From: an uncultured delta proteobacterium
Lineage (GTDB): Bacteria; Desulfobacterota; Binatia; JACPRU01
Direction: 5' to 3'
Length of the DNA: 64,000 nt
Assembly: GCA_963745025.1 (NCBI GenBank)
Contig: CAVUWD010000006.1
Location: 416,001-480,000, forward strand
In this document: positions 63,500 to 64,000 of the stretch, one piece after another
How positions within the stretch are numbered: the stretch's first letter is position 1
How the letters are laid out: each line of letters begins with the position of its first letter
Program-made: the position numbers and the translations under genes
Notes under the pieces: model-generated
The model's database searches: none
What the model was told of the DNA's origin: nothing
Seen by the model: the letters and a program-made list of their open reading frames with translations, nothing else

Positions 63500-64000
63500 C
63501 TGACGATTCTCCAGTTATTAATAACTGCCTTGGGCTTCCTCGTATTCGCTGCTCCGGTTCGGAGCCAGCAGACACCCAGCGCTCTCGACTGGGAAAAAGC
63601 TGCCAATGAAATCCGACGGATGCGGCCTGGTGCCTTCCCCAAATTGCCGCCAGCCATCCTCAACGAACTTAATAGGAGGCAATGTACCATTCCACAGGTT
63701 GACGGATACCCCAAGCCCCATAACGTCATCAAAGGGAGTTTCACCGGCAAGGGACACATCGATTGGGCAGTCCTCTGCTCACAAGGCGGCGAGTCAAGCA
63801 TCCTAGTCTTCATGGGAAACTCTATTGAAGGGGTGTCGCAGCTTGTCAACGGTCCTGACAAAACCTGGCTCCAGACTGTTGGGGAGGGGAAAATCGGTTA
63901 TTCCCGGATGATTTCCGCTGTGAACGAAGTAAGTATTACCCGCTATCACAGAGAGTTTGGTGGGCCGAAACCGCCCCCCATCGACCATCAAGGGATTGAA
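63500..64000 (+). CDS. Secreted hypothetical protein, 3'-truncated by window (absent from ORF track)
   Basis: Open for 167 codons to window end; signal peptide ending VRS-QQ; 'CTIPQ...PHNVIKG.F...DWAVLCS...GYSR...PPPIDHQGI'. Confidence 0.7.
   Translation, partial: MTILQLLITALGFLVFAAPVRSQQTPSALDWEKAANEIRRMRPGAFPKLPPAILNELNRRQCTIPQVDGYPKPHNVIKGSFTGKGHIDWAVLCSQGGESSILVFMGNSIEGVSQLVNGPDKTWLQTVGEGKIGYSRMISAVNEVSITRYHREFGGPKPPPIDHQGIE

Larger units (their letters stand above)
55182..64000. mobile_element. tRNA-Arg-integrated phage-satellite (PICI/P4-like) or integrative element, extends beyond window
   Basis: int-xis-hypotheticals-primase/helicase-alpA order; GC drop; no capsid or tail genes seen; second att not in window. 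Confidence 0.85.

Noticed and set aside
63211-63991. Minus-strand ORFs at the window end
   Set aside because: They are antisense to the better plus-strand frame 63500-64000, which has a signal peptide.

Overview
GC-rich chromosomal window from a Gram-negative bacterium. It encodes Kdo/LPS genes; the overall gene content suggests a Binatia/deltaproteobacteria-like lineage, which is inference only. Core functions: kdsB-pyrG-kdsA-kdsD, ada/alkA-ogt, recQ, purU, bfd-bfr with a Fur box, AmmeMemoRadiSam radical SAM, comEC, uvrC, uvrB, an ECF sigma/anti-sigma trio, PBP1B and a thiolase. Accessory regions: (1) 5.8-8.2 kb, an integron-cassette array with no integrase in the window, with two intact attC sites carrying a BrnT/BrnA toxin-antitoxin cassette, an uncharacterised two-gene cassette and a ParE remnant; (2) 8.2-14.3 kb, a lipid/PHA cluster including a GYD-acyltransferase fusion; (3) 22.5-27.3 kb, a tightly coupled luxE-luxC-membrane protein-class III aminotransferase-acyl-ACP thioesterase operon with no luciferase, a candidate fatty-aldehyde to fatty-amine pathway; (4) a TPR-CbbQ/NorQ-large vWA chaperone module with no evident client, whose vWA end carries six frame switches; (5) from 55.2 kb to the window end, a satellite-like integrative element at tRNA-Arg(TCG), whose integrase reads into the tRNA and whose primase-helicase core is bracketed by a 49-bp inverted repeat. 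Many short deletion-scarred gene remnants and heptamer-built palindromes are scattered through the window. All calls come from reading motifs by eye; no database searches were run.
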